Both the position numbers and the translations under genes were made by a program. DNA of 29,661 nt from Fimbriimonadaceae bacterium (GTDB lineage Bacteria; Armatimonadota; Fimbriimonadia; Fimbriimonadales; Fimbriimonadaceae): assembly GCA_041911835.1 (NCBI GenBank), contig JAYROD010000345.1, forward strand, positions 1 to 29,661. Direction: 5' to 3'. The notes below the pieces were generated by a model. It was not told the origin of the DNA, searched no databases, and saw nothing but the letters and a program-made list of their open reading frames with translations. Below, in pieces: positions 22,549 to 29,661 of this stretch. Each line of letters starts with the position of its first letter. Positions within the stretch are counted from its first letter, which is position 1.

Positions 22549-23442
22549 CTAAAGTGGTAGCTGCGCGGCCGATCGAATCGCCGCGCTTCCTTCCAGCACG
22601 AAAGTCTCGGCCCTTTGAGCCGTCAAGTTGAGAGCGTCCATCGCCCATGCAGGCAGCGCGAGCGGTTCGTCTTCGCCTTCCTCGGGCACTTTGGCTTTGC
22701 CCATGACTGTGAGATGGGCGATATGATGAGCGATGCATGTGCAGGCTTTGAGCGTCCTGTGAGGGTCATCGGGGGGCGCTTCATCGTCGTAATTGAGACC
22801 TGCCGTCAGCTCCTCAGGAAATCCCCACTTGGCGCCGACCGCGCTTGCCACTTCGATGTGGTCGCAGCCGTACGCGACTTGCTCGGATTGGCGATCCCCA
22901 TACCCGGCTTCGCGAGCCGCTTTGTAGAACTCAAACCGTTCAGGATTGGACTGATCCAAGAGCGTCTTGCCCACATAGTGAAGCAGCCCGCAGGTGTAGC
23001 ACTCTTCCGCGTTGAGACCGGGCACTTGCGATGCGATCCAGCGAGCACAGACTCCGGTATCGACCGATTGCCTCCACCAAGCGCGTCTCCTAAGCGACTC
23101 GGCGTCAGTCTTGCCTAAGAACAGCTCAAACACACCCATCGTCATGGCCAACTGGCGCACGGCACGAAATCCGAGAAAAGTGATCGCGTCCCGGATAGAC
23201 GTCACCTTTCTCGGCAATCCATAGTAGGCGGAATTCGCCATGGTGAGCAGCTTCGCCGAGAAGCCAGGGTCGACCACGATCACCGCCTCCATCTGCCTGG
23301 CAGAAGAGTCGGTCGAACCCGTGAGGTCGACGACTTTGAACACGACCTGAGGCAGGACGGCGATGTCCTGAATCCTGCTCAAGACGAATTCTAGGCCGGT
23401 CTCGTTGGGGTCTAGTGACAAAGCGGACAACTGGCCCTCCAT
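22549..23442 (-). CDS. Standalone HDOD-domain protein
   Basis: LPQVV.KV......S.......I..DPGFSAKLLTMANSAYYG...VTSIRDAITFLG, CGLLHYVGK, and HIEV...VGAKWGFPEEL. Confidence 0.9.
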   Translation of the reverse strand: MEGQLSALSLDPNETGLEFVLSRIQDIAVLPQVVFKVVDLTGSTDSSARQMEAVIVVDPGFSAKLLTMANSAYYGLPRKVTSIRDAITFLGFRAVRQLAMTMGVFELFLGKTDAESLRRRAWWRQSVDTGVCARWIASQVPGLNAEECYTCGLLHYVGKTLLDQSNPERFEFYKAAREAGYGDRQSEQVAYGCDHIEVASAVGAKWGFPEELTAGLNYDDEAPPDDPHRTLKACTCIAHHIAHLTVMGKAKVPEEGEDEPLALPAWAMDALNLTAQRAETFVLEGSAAIRSAAQLPL

Positions 23443-23475
23443 TTCAGGTCGAACGACGGTCGATCGGCAAGATTG

Positions 23476-25215
23476 CTAAGCATAAATCACCCTGAGGACT
23501 TCATCGACGCTGGTGACGCCCATGAGGATCTTCTGGACGGCGTCCATCTGCAGCGTGCGCATGTCGTTTTGCGTTGCCAGCCGGCGAAGGACGTGGCTTG
23601 GCGATTTCTTTAAGATTTCGTCCCGAATCTCATCATTGAATGTCATCAGCTCGTGCACTCCTGTTCTCCCACGATAGCCGGTGCCCTTGCAATGGTCGCA
23701 CCCGGCGCCACGGAAGAGGGTGATCTCTCCATGCGTGTCGGCTCCGATCTCATCGGGCACTGGAAAACCGTAGCGAACGAGGCTTTCTCGAGTGGCGCTG
23801 TAAGATTCCTTGCAATGCGGGCAGATTTGGCGCACCAGACGCTGGGCCAGAACCCCAATGATCGAGGACGAGATGAGGAATGGCTCGACATCCATGTCGA
23901 TCAAACGGGTCGCGGCGGACGGAGCGTCATTCGTGTGCAGCGTGCTGAGTACGAGGTGGCCGGTGAGCGCCGCTTCCATGGCGATCGTGGCGGTTTCGGA
24001 ATCGCGCATTTCGCCAACCATGATGATGTCCGGGTCCTGTCGAAGCATCGCCCTCAATCCCGCAGAAAACGTCATGCCGGCTCGAACGTTCACATTGCAC
24101 TGGTTGATGCCGTCGAGTTCGTATTCCACGGGGTCCTCGATCGTGACGATGTTCGTGTCACCGGTGGCGATCTTGTTAATGAGGGAGTAGAGCGTGGTGG
24201 ACTTACCCGAGCCCGTGGGGCCCGTCACCAGGATGATTCCGTAGCTTCTGGAGCCCATGTCCTCGAGGATCTTCAAGTTGTGGGGAAGGAAGCCCAATTT
24301 GGTGAGACCGATATTGACGCTGCCCTTGTCGAGGACGCGGAGGACGATCTTTTCGCCGTGCACGACAGGAAGGGTCGAGACACGGAAGTCAAAATCCCTG
24401 CCGCCGATCGTGGCGCTGACACGGTTGTCCTGGGGTACTCGTTTCTCGGCGATGTCCATGTTGGACATGATCTTGAATCTCGAGGTGAGCGGCGCCGTGA
24501 CCTTCTTTGGGAGGCGCATGGATTCGAGCATGACGCCATCCACCCTGTACCGGACCAACAGCGAATCCTTCCGGGGTTCGATGTGGATGTCGCTGGCCTT
24601 GTCAGTGACGGCCTGGTTGATGATCAGGGAGGCCAGCCGGATGATCGGGGCATCCTCTCCCAATTCACGAAGTTCGGCTTCGCTCAGTTCCTCTTCGTCG
24701 CGTGTCGCGAGTTCGAAGTCGCCGTCGAAGTCTTTCATGACGCCTTCGATGGCGTCGGTCATGTTGAATTCGATCTTGTAGTGAACCGAGAGCGAAGCGT
24801 CGATGTCCTCTTCGACGGCAATCATCGGTTCAATTTCCATCCCGGTGCTGAGGCGCAATTCGTCGATCACGAAGATGTCGAGGGGATTCGCCATCGCGAC
24901 GACGAGCTTGTTCCCCTGGATCTCGGTCGGCACCGTCTTGAAGCGCTTGGCAACTTGGGGCGTGAGGTACTGGAGCGCCTCGGGCTGTGGAACGACGTCC
25001 CCGATGTCGATGTATTGGATCCCCCAGACCTTGCCCAGGCAGCGCACCCTGTCTCGCTCGGCGATGAGTCCCATCTCCACGAGCACACGAGCGATCGGCT
25101 CGTTACCACCGAGCTCTCGCTGTTTATCCATGGCCAACCTGAGCTGCTCGCTGTTGATCAGCCCCTCTTCAACAAATACTTCGCCCGTAAGCATGCGCCA
25201 ATGCAGGTATTCCAT
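23476..25215 (-). CDS. pilB: Type IV pilus assembly / GspE-family ATPase PilB with an MshEN-like N-terminus
   Basis: ASDIHIEP, MDIAEKRVPQD, Walker A GPTGSGKSTTLY, TIEDPVE, LRQDPDIIMVGEMRD, HLVLSTLHTN, tetracysteine motif CPHC...CDHC and GYRGRTGVHE. PilB rather than GspE is inferred from the adjacent pilT. Confidence 0.92.
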   Translation of the reverse strand: MEYLHWRMLTGEVFVEEGLINSEQLRLAMDKQRELGGNEPIARVLVEMGLIAERDRVRCLGKVWGIQYIDIGDVVPQPEALQYLTPQVAKRFKTVPTEIQGNKLVVAMANPLDIFVIDELRLSTGMEIEPMIAVEEDIDASLSVHYKIEFNMTDAIEGVMKDFDGDFELATRDEEELSEAELRELGEDAPIIRLASLIINQAVTDKASDIHIEPRKDSLLVRYRVDGVMLESMRLPKKVTAPLTSRFKIMSNMDIAEKRVPQDNRVSATIGGRDFDFRVSTLPVVHGEKIVLRVLDKGSVNIGLTKLGFLPHNLKILEDMGSRSYGIILVTGPTGSGKSTTLYSLINKIATGDTNIVTIEDPVEYELDGINQCNVNVRAGMTFSAGLRAMLRQDPDIIMVGEMRDSETATIAMEAALTGHLVLSTLHTNDAPSAATRLIDMDVEPFLISSSIIGVLAQRLVRQICPHCKESYSATRESLVRYGFPVPDEIGADTHGEITLFRGAGCDHCKGTGYRGRTGVHELMTFNDEIRDEILKKSPSHVLRRLATQNDMRTLQMDAVQKILMGVTSVDEVLRVIYA

Positions 25216-25275
25216 GCGGGAAGCTAAGGGACCCTCGTAACATTCCTAGAGCGCCGCTTGGCCAGGGGCCCGTTT

Positions 25276-25284
25276 TGGTACAAT
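25276..25284 (+). promoter_or_regulatory. Extended -10 promoter for the tRNA
   Basis: TGgTACAAT, ending 10 nt before the mature tRNA 5' end. Confidence 0.6.
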
Positions 25285-25294
25285 GTTGAGGCGT

Positions 25295-25381
25295 GCCTTC
25301 GTGGTGAAATTGGTATACACGCTAGTTTCAGGTACTAGTGGCTTCACGGCCGTGCTGGTTCGAGTCCAGTCGAAGGCACCA
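25295..25381 (+). tRNA. tRNA-Leu (anticodon CAG)
   Basis: Acceptor stem GCCTTCG/CGAAGGC with discriminator A and encoded CCA. D-arm GTG..CAC. Anticodon arm CTAGT-TTCAGGT-ACTAG. Long variable arm. T-arm GCTGG-TTCGAGT-CCAGT. Confidence 0.97.
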
Positions 25382-25420
25382 ACTTCAGCTTATTGACGCT
25401 TTGATTGCGTCTTTATAGAT

Positions 25421-27373
25421 ATGCCACGTCCGCTCGTGCTTGGAAACGGCAGCCTCCTCGTGGCGATCGACCCCGAATACTGCATCCGCGACCTCTATTT
25501 CCCCCGGGTCGGTTATCCCAACCACCTCAATGGTTTTCCCATCAACATGGGAGTTTGGGTCGAGGACCAGTTCGCTTGGTGCAATGGCGACGGCTGGAAA
25601 CGGACGCTTGCCTACGTCGAAGGGACCCTCGTCGGCAAAGTCACGCTTGAACATGATGCGTTCCAACTCCGCCTGGAAATTCTCGACGCGGTGGCGCCCC
25701 AAGAGCCGATTTTCGTCCGGAGGCTCCGAGTACACAACCTCAAAAACGAGCGGAGGGAAGTGCGGCTATTCTTCACGCAGGATCTGAGGATCAACGAATC
25801 CGACATTGGCGACACGGCGTTCTTCGATCCATTTCTTGACTCGATGGTCCATTACAAGGGTCACGCCTATTTCCTCTTTTCCGGGGCGACGAGCGACGGC
25901 GGCATCTATGAGTACGCCGCGGGCATCAAGGATTTCGGTGGGATGGAGGGAACCTGGAGAGACGCCGAAGACGGCAATCTCAGTGGCAATCCGATCGCCC
26001 AGGGATCGGTCGATTCGACCTTCAGCATCCAGGCGCATATAGGCCCGAAGAAAGTTGCGGACGCCCGATATTGGTTCATCTGCGGGCATGGTTTAGACGA
26101 AGTATCCAACCACTACCACAACCTCATCAAGGCTGGATTCAATGAGGAGATCGACGAAGCAACCCGGTATTGGAGGGCCTGGTCCAATCGACCGGCCGAA
26201 GGCTTGGACAGTCTGCCGGAGGGGATTCGCCGCCTTTTTAGGCAAAGCCTGCTGATCATTCGCACCCAGATCGACAATGGGGGCGCCGTGATTGCAGCGA
26301 ACGACACGGACATCATGAAAACCAATCGGGCGACATACAGCTATATGTGGCCGAGAGATGGAGCGTTCGTGAGCTACGTCCTCGATCGGATGGGCTATCA
26401 GCAGTTGAGCAGACGGTTCTTCCGCTTCTGCAAAACCGTGCTTCCCAAGGACCGGCCAATCTTGCTCCACAAATACGGACCGGACGGCTCCGTAGGCGCG
26501 AGTTGGCACCCGTGGATCGTCGATGGAAAGCCGGAAGTGCCGTTCCAGGAAGATGAATCGGCGCTGACGATCCATTCACTCTGGGAGCATTATGCCAAGC
26601 ACCAGGATCTCGAATTCCTTGGCGAACTTTACGACTCCTTCGTCGTGCCTGTGACCGACTTCATGATGCGATATCGCGATCCCGGCACCGGGCTTCCGCT
26701 CCCCAGCTACGATTTGTGGGAGGAGCGACGCGGCGTCCATGCTTTCACCGTCGGAGCGGTCGCGGCGGCGCTCAGGTCTGCAGCAAAGATCGCGGATGCG
26801 TTGGGTGATGAGCGTTCCGCGGCCTATAAGACGTGCAGCGATGAGGTGGTTCACGCCATCGAAAAGTATCTCTTCGACGACCAGCGCGGTGTCTTCTATC
26901 GACGCGTGGAGCCAAGTTCGGCGCACCAGTTGGTGCCGGACAAGACGATAGACGCATCCCTTTTGGGACTGATCAATCTGAAGATATTTGAAGCGGACAA
27001 TCCTAGAGTCGCTTCGACGATCGAGGCCGTGGAGAATGCGCTCACCGTGCATTCCTCGGTCGGGGGCCTTGCTCGCTATGAGGGGGACTACTACTTCCGA
27101 GAATCCGATCGCTATCCGGGCAACCCCTGGATTATCTGCACGCTCTGGCTCGCCCAAGCGAAGCTGTTCACAGCGAAAAAGAAGGCCGATCTCAAACAGC
27201 CGCTTCAGACCTTGAATTGGGTCGTAAGCCATGCGGCTTCGACCGGAGTTCTCCCCGAGCAGCTCAATCCAGACACGGGTGAACCTCTGTCTGTGAGTCC
27301 GCTCACATGGTCGCATGCCGAATTCGTCAACACGGTCTTGGACGTCTTAGCGAAGAAGCGCGAACTCGGCTAG
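25421..27373 (+). CDS. Glycoside hydrolase family 15 (glucoamylase/trehalase-like)
   Basis: YSYMWPRDGA, FQEDE, catalytic YDLWEER, IDASLL, GGLARYEGDYY, NPWIICTLW and LPEQ...VSPLTWSHAE. Confidence 0.92.
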   Translation: MPRPLVLGNGSLLVAIDPEYCIRDLYFPRVGYPNHLNGFPINMGVWVEDQFAWCNGDGWKRTLAYVEGTLVGKVTLEHDAFQLRLEILDAVAPQEPIFVRRLRVHNLKNERREVRLFFTQDLRINESDIGDTAFFDPFLDSMVHYKGHAYFLFSGATSDGGIYEYAAGIKDFGGMEGTWRDAEDGNLSGNPIAQGSVDSTFSIQAHIGPKKVADARYWFICGHGLDEVSNHYHNLIKAGFNEEIDEATRYWRAWSNRPAEGLDSLPEGIRRLFRQSLLIIRTQIDNGGAVIAANDTDIMKTNRATYSYMWPRDGAFVSYVLDRMGYQQLSRRFFRFCKTVLPKDRPILLHKYGPDGSVGASWHPWIVDGKPEVPFQEDESALTIHSLWEHYAKHQDLEFLGELYDSFVVPVTDFMMRYRDPGTGLPLPSYDLWEERRGVHAFTVGAVAAALRSAAKIADALGDERSAAYKTCSDEVVHAIEKYLFDDQRGVFYRRVEPSSAHQLVPDKTIDASLLGLINLKIFEADNPRVASTIEAVENALTVHSSVGGLARYEGDYYFRESDRYPGNPWIICTLWLAQAKLFTAKKKADLKQPLQTLNWVVSHAASTGVLPEQLNPDTGEPLSVSPLTWSHAEFVNTVLDVLAKKRELG

Positions 27374-27382
27374 ACTAGCGTC

Positions 27383-29296
27383 GTGCCTTCCGCTCTCGCA
27401 TCGCTTCCCTTGAAACAGGTCCAAGTCACCGATCCGTTTTGGAAACGGTGGCAGGAAACCGTTCGCGACACCACGCTTGAGATCGAGTACCAGCAATGCG
27501 CCCAGACGGGAAGGATCGAGAACTTCGCGCGAGCGGCTCGTGGAGAAAAGGGTAGCTTTCAAGGCAGATACTATAACGATAGCGACGTATACAAATGGAT
27601 CGAGGCTGCCAGCCATACGATCGCTGCGCTTGGGCCCAGCGCGGCCATCGAGCGGCGCCTCGCCGAAGCGATTGAGAAGGTCGCAGCAGCTCAAATGGCG
27701 GACGGCTATCTCGACACGTACTTCCAGCTTCAGCACCCGGAATTGCGCTGGAAGTCGATCGCGGCGATGCATGAGATGTATTGCGCAGGGCACCTGATCG
27801 AGGCGGCAGTGGCCCACTTTCAGGCTACTGGAGACCGAACGTTGCTCGACGTCGCTGAGCGGCTGGCCGACCACATCTCCGGCGTCTTCGGGCCGCAGGC
27901 GCGGTTGGGTTTCTGCGGCCATGAAGAGCTAGAGCTCGCACTGGTCACGCTTGGAAGAGTTCTCGACCGACCGGAGTATCGGGCGCTGAGCGCTTGGATG
28001 GTGGAGCAGCGTGGAAAACGGCCCAGCCCGTTCGAGCCGGAGATGACCGACCCTGAGTGCCTCAAATTGGCTCCGTGGATGCCCCGAATGCTGATGCGGG
28101 ACGGTGTCTACACCGGCGAATATGTCCAGGACCACCTTCCACTGTCTGAGCAGGAAGACGTCGTCGGGCATGCCGTTCGAGCGATGTACCTATTCGCGGG
28201 AGCAGCGGATGCGAGCGATGATCCCAAGGTTTTCGAGGCACTCGAACGGCTTTGGACCCGCCTGACCGAGCGACGAATGTACGTGACGGGAGGCATCGGC
28301 TCGTCGGGCGAGAACGAAGGTTTCACGGTCGATTACGACTTGCCGAATCGCAATGCCTATGCGGAAACCTGCGCTGCCTGCGGGCTCATCTTTTGGGCGC
28401 AGCGGATGCTGAACCGAACTGGAGATTCCGAGTACGCCGATGTCATGGAACTGGCGCTCTATAATGGCGCGCTCGCCGGCATTAGCCTGGATGGAAGTCG
28501 ATTCTTTTACGACAATCCGTTGGAGAGCTTGGGAGACCATCATCGCTCGGGTTGGTTCGACTGCGCCTGCTGCCCGCCGAACATCGCGAGGCTGCTGGCG
28601 TCCATGAGCCGCTGTCTGGTGGGGCAGGACGGCAACCACTTTTACGTCCATATCCAGGCAGCGTCGGAGTCGACGATCGAAATCGCCGGGACAAAGGTCA
28701 AGGTTTTTGTCCACAGCTCCTATCCGTGGGACGGCGACTTCGAGATTGAGATCCGCACGCCTACGCCAGTCATCTTTGGACTGCACGTGCGAATCCCCGG
28801 CTGGTGTCCCAACCTGGAGATCCATGCTCCCGATTCCTATCCCGACGCTTCCTACGAGGGTGGCTACGCCGTGATCGAGCGCGAATGGAATGATGGAGAC
28901 CGACTCAAATTTTCTGCTCAGCTGCAGCCGACCTGGCTGCGCTCCAGTCCCAAGGTCATGGCGAATACTGGCCGAGTAGCGCTCAAGCGGGGACCCCTCG
29001 TGTACTGCCTCGAGGAAGCTGATTTGGGCACACAAGTCTCGAGGTTCATCGTTGATAGATCGACGGAGCCGGTAGTCGAATTCGAGCCGAGCCTTCTCGG
29101 TGGTGTGACGAGTCTGACCGTCGACGGCTGGATCGAGGCGGGTGAACCGGACTCTCTCTACTACGGTGCCGATCAGCGAACGGCAGAGCCCCGTCGGGCC
29201 AAATTCGTCCCTTATTTTGCCTGGGACAACCGAACCCCGGGCTCGATGCAGGTCTGGGTGCGCGACTCCGCCGAGAGCCCGTCGTCGAGGATCTAG
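27383..29296 (+). CDS. Glycoside hydrolase family 127 (beta-L-arabinofuranosidase-like, DUF1680)
   Basis: DSDVYKWIEAA, HEMYCAGHLIEAAVAH, GHEE, GHAVR, YVTGGIGS, YAETCAA (Zn ligands), CACCPPN and RGPLVYC. GTG start. Confidence 0.93.
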   Translation: MPSALASLPLKQVQVTDPFWKRWQETVRDTTLEIEYQQCAQTGRIENFARAARGEKGSFQGRYYNDSDVYKWIEAASHTIAALGPSAAIERRLAEAIEKVAAAQMADGYLDTYFQLQHPELRWKSIAAMHEMYCAGHLIEAAVAHFQATGDRTLLDVAERLADHISGVFGPQARLGFCGHEELELALVTLGRVLDRPEYRALSAWMVEQRGKRPSPFEPEMTDPECLKLAPWMPRMLMRDGVYTGEYVQDHLPLSEQEDVVGHAVRAMYLFAGAADASDDPKVFEALERLWTRLTERRMYVTGGIGSSGENEGFTVDYDLPNRNAYAETCAACGLIFWAQRMLNRTGDSEYADVMELALYNGALAGISLDGSRFFYDNPLESLGDHHRSGWFDCACCPPNIARLLASMSRCLVGQDGNHFYVHIQAASESTIEIAGTKVKVFVHSSYPWDGDFEIEIRTPTPVIFGLHVRIPGWCPNLEIHAPDSYPDASYEGGYAVIEREWNDGDRLKFSAQLQPTWLRSSPKVMANTGRVALKRGPLVYCLEEADLGTQVSRFIVDRSTEPVVEFEPSLLGGVTSLTVDGWIEAGEPDSLYYGADQRTAEPRRAKFVPYFAWDNRTPGSMQVWVRDSAESPSSRI

Positions 29297-29299
29297 GGC

Positions 29300-29563
29300 G
29301 TGAGACTGTTCAAGCGCCGGGAACCAGAAATCCAGGGACCGCTCTACGAAGAGGTTCGCGAAGCCATGAAGGATGTTCAGGCTTATGCCAAAAGCCACGG
29401 AGGTTCGATAGAACTCATCTCCGTCAATGAAGAGGGAGATGTGCGAATCAAGTTCCGAGGCGCCTGCGCGTTTTGCCCGATGGCGGACATTACGCTCAAG
29501 CTAGGAATCGAAAAAGAACTCCGTGCGCGTGTGCCCGGAGTCCGAAAGATCTCGCAGGCTTAG
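29300..29563 (+). CDS. NifU C-terminal (Nfu-type) CxxC domain protein
   Basis: SHGGSIELISV...GDVRIKFRGACAFCP..DITLKLGIEKEL...VPGV. Confidence 0.88.
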   Translation: MRLFKRREPEIQGPLYEEVREAMKDVQAYAKSHGGSIELISVNEEGDVRIKFRGACAFCPMADITLKLGIEKELRARVPGVRKISQA

Positions 29564-29661
29564 CCGCCCGATTTGTGGGGTTTGTCGACGCGATCGTCGG
29601 TGTAACCAGGGCTCCATTTCGAATCGGGAAGGTGAGTAACCTCGGCGAGTCGGGCCATATA
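29560..29661 (-). CDS. Possible 3' end of a convergent gene entering from the right edge
   Basis: Open minus-strand frame YMARLAEVTHLPDSKWSPGYTDDRVDKPHKSGG-stop. Its TAA overlaps the NifU TAG as TTAG, the same arrangement as at 10099-10102. Too short to assign. Confidence 0.4.
   Translation of the reverse strand, partial: YMARLAEVTHLPDSKWSPGYTDDRVDKPHKSGG

Noticed and set aside
23455-23495. Sigma28-like GCCGAT upstream of the HDOD gene (minus strand)
   Set aside because: No TAAA-like -35 at the proper spacing, and the hexamer is common in GC-rich DNA.
23653-25227. 524-aa plus-strand ORF antisense to pilB (similar cases: 3808-5058, 18502-20178, 28190-29398, 427-1353)
   Set aside because: These are shadow ORFs lying opposite well-supported genes. 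High GC and codon bias deplete antisense stops, and the translations show no motifs.
25295-25381. tRNA-Leu as an integration site for an island or prophage
   Set aside because: No integrase and no duplicated tRNA 3' end in the window. Flanking genes look native in composition.

Overview
GC-rich (roughly 60%, estimated by eye), very gene-dense bacterial chromosomal window. No integrase, transposase, prophage or CRISPR array is visible. Gene content and style suggest Armatimonadota (Fimbriimonadia-like); this is an inference, not a database result. Left to right: a partial WD40-repeat gene; a translationally coupled minus-strand flagellar operon (flgB-flgC-fliE-fliF-fliG-fliH-fliI-fliJ, a lytic transglycosylase and a YlxF/FlbB/MotE-like protein); housekeeping genes (CapA-family metallophosphoesterase, class III aminotransferase, Gfo/Idh/MocA oxidoreductase, alpha/beta hydrolase, ltaE, YprB-like nuclease, an unknown secreted protein); a ccmE-ccmF-panD-pyrE operon; a standalone 893-aa surface lipoprotein with its own sigma70 promoter and terminator; a pilB-HDOD-pilT operon; tRNA-Leu(CAG); and a GH15-GH127-NifU-like operon. 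The most unusual signal is non-coding. The leader of the large lipoprotein is a tandem 24-bp duplication in which each unit folds into a 6-bp stem with an A(C/A)GGAC hexaloop, the known shape of CsrA/RsmA-binding sites. The flgB leader independently places three AGGA motifs in predicted loops. This suggests, as a hypothesis only, shared post-transcriptional control of flagellar synthesis and a major uncharacterised surface protein. Several start codons were moved from the supplied ORF track on the basis of RBS and stop/start overlap evidence.
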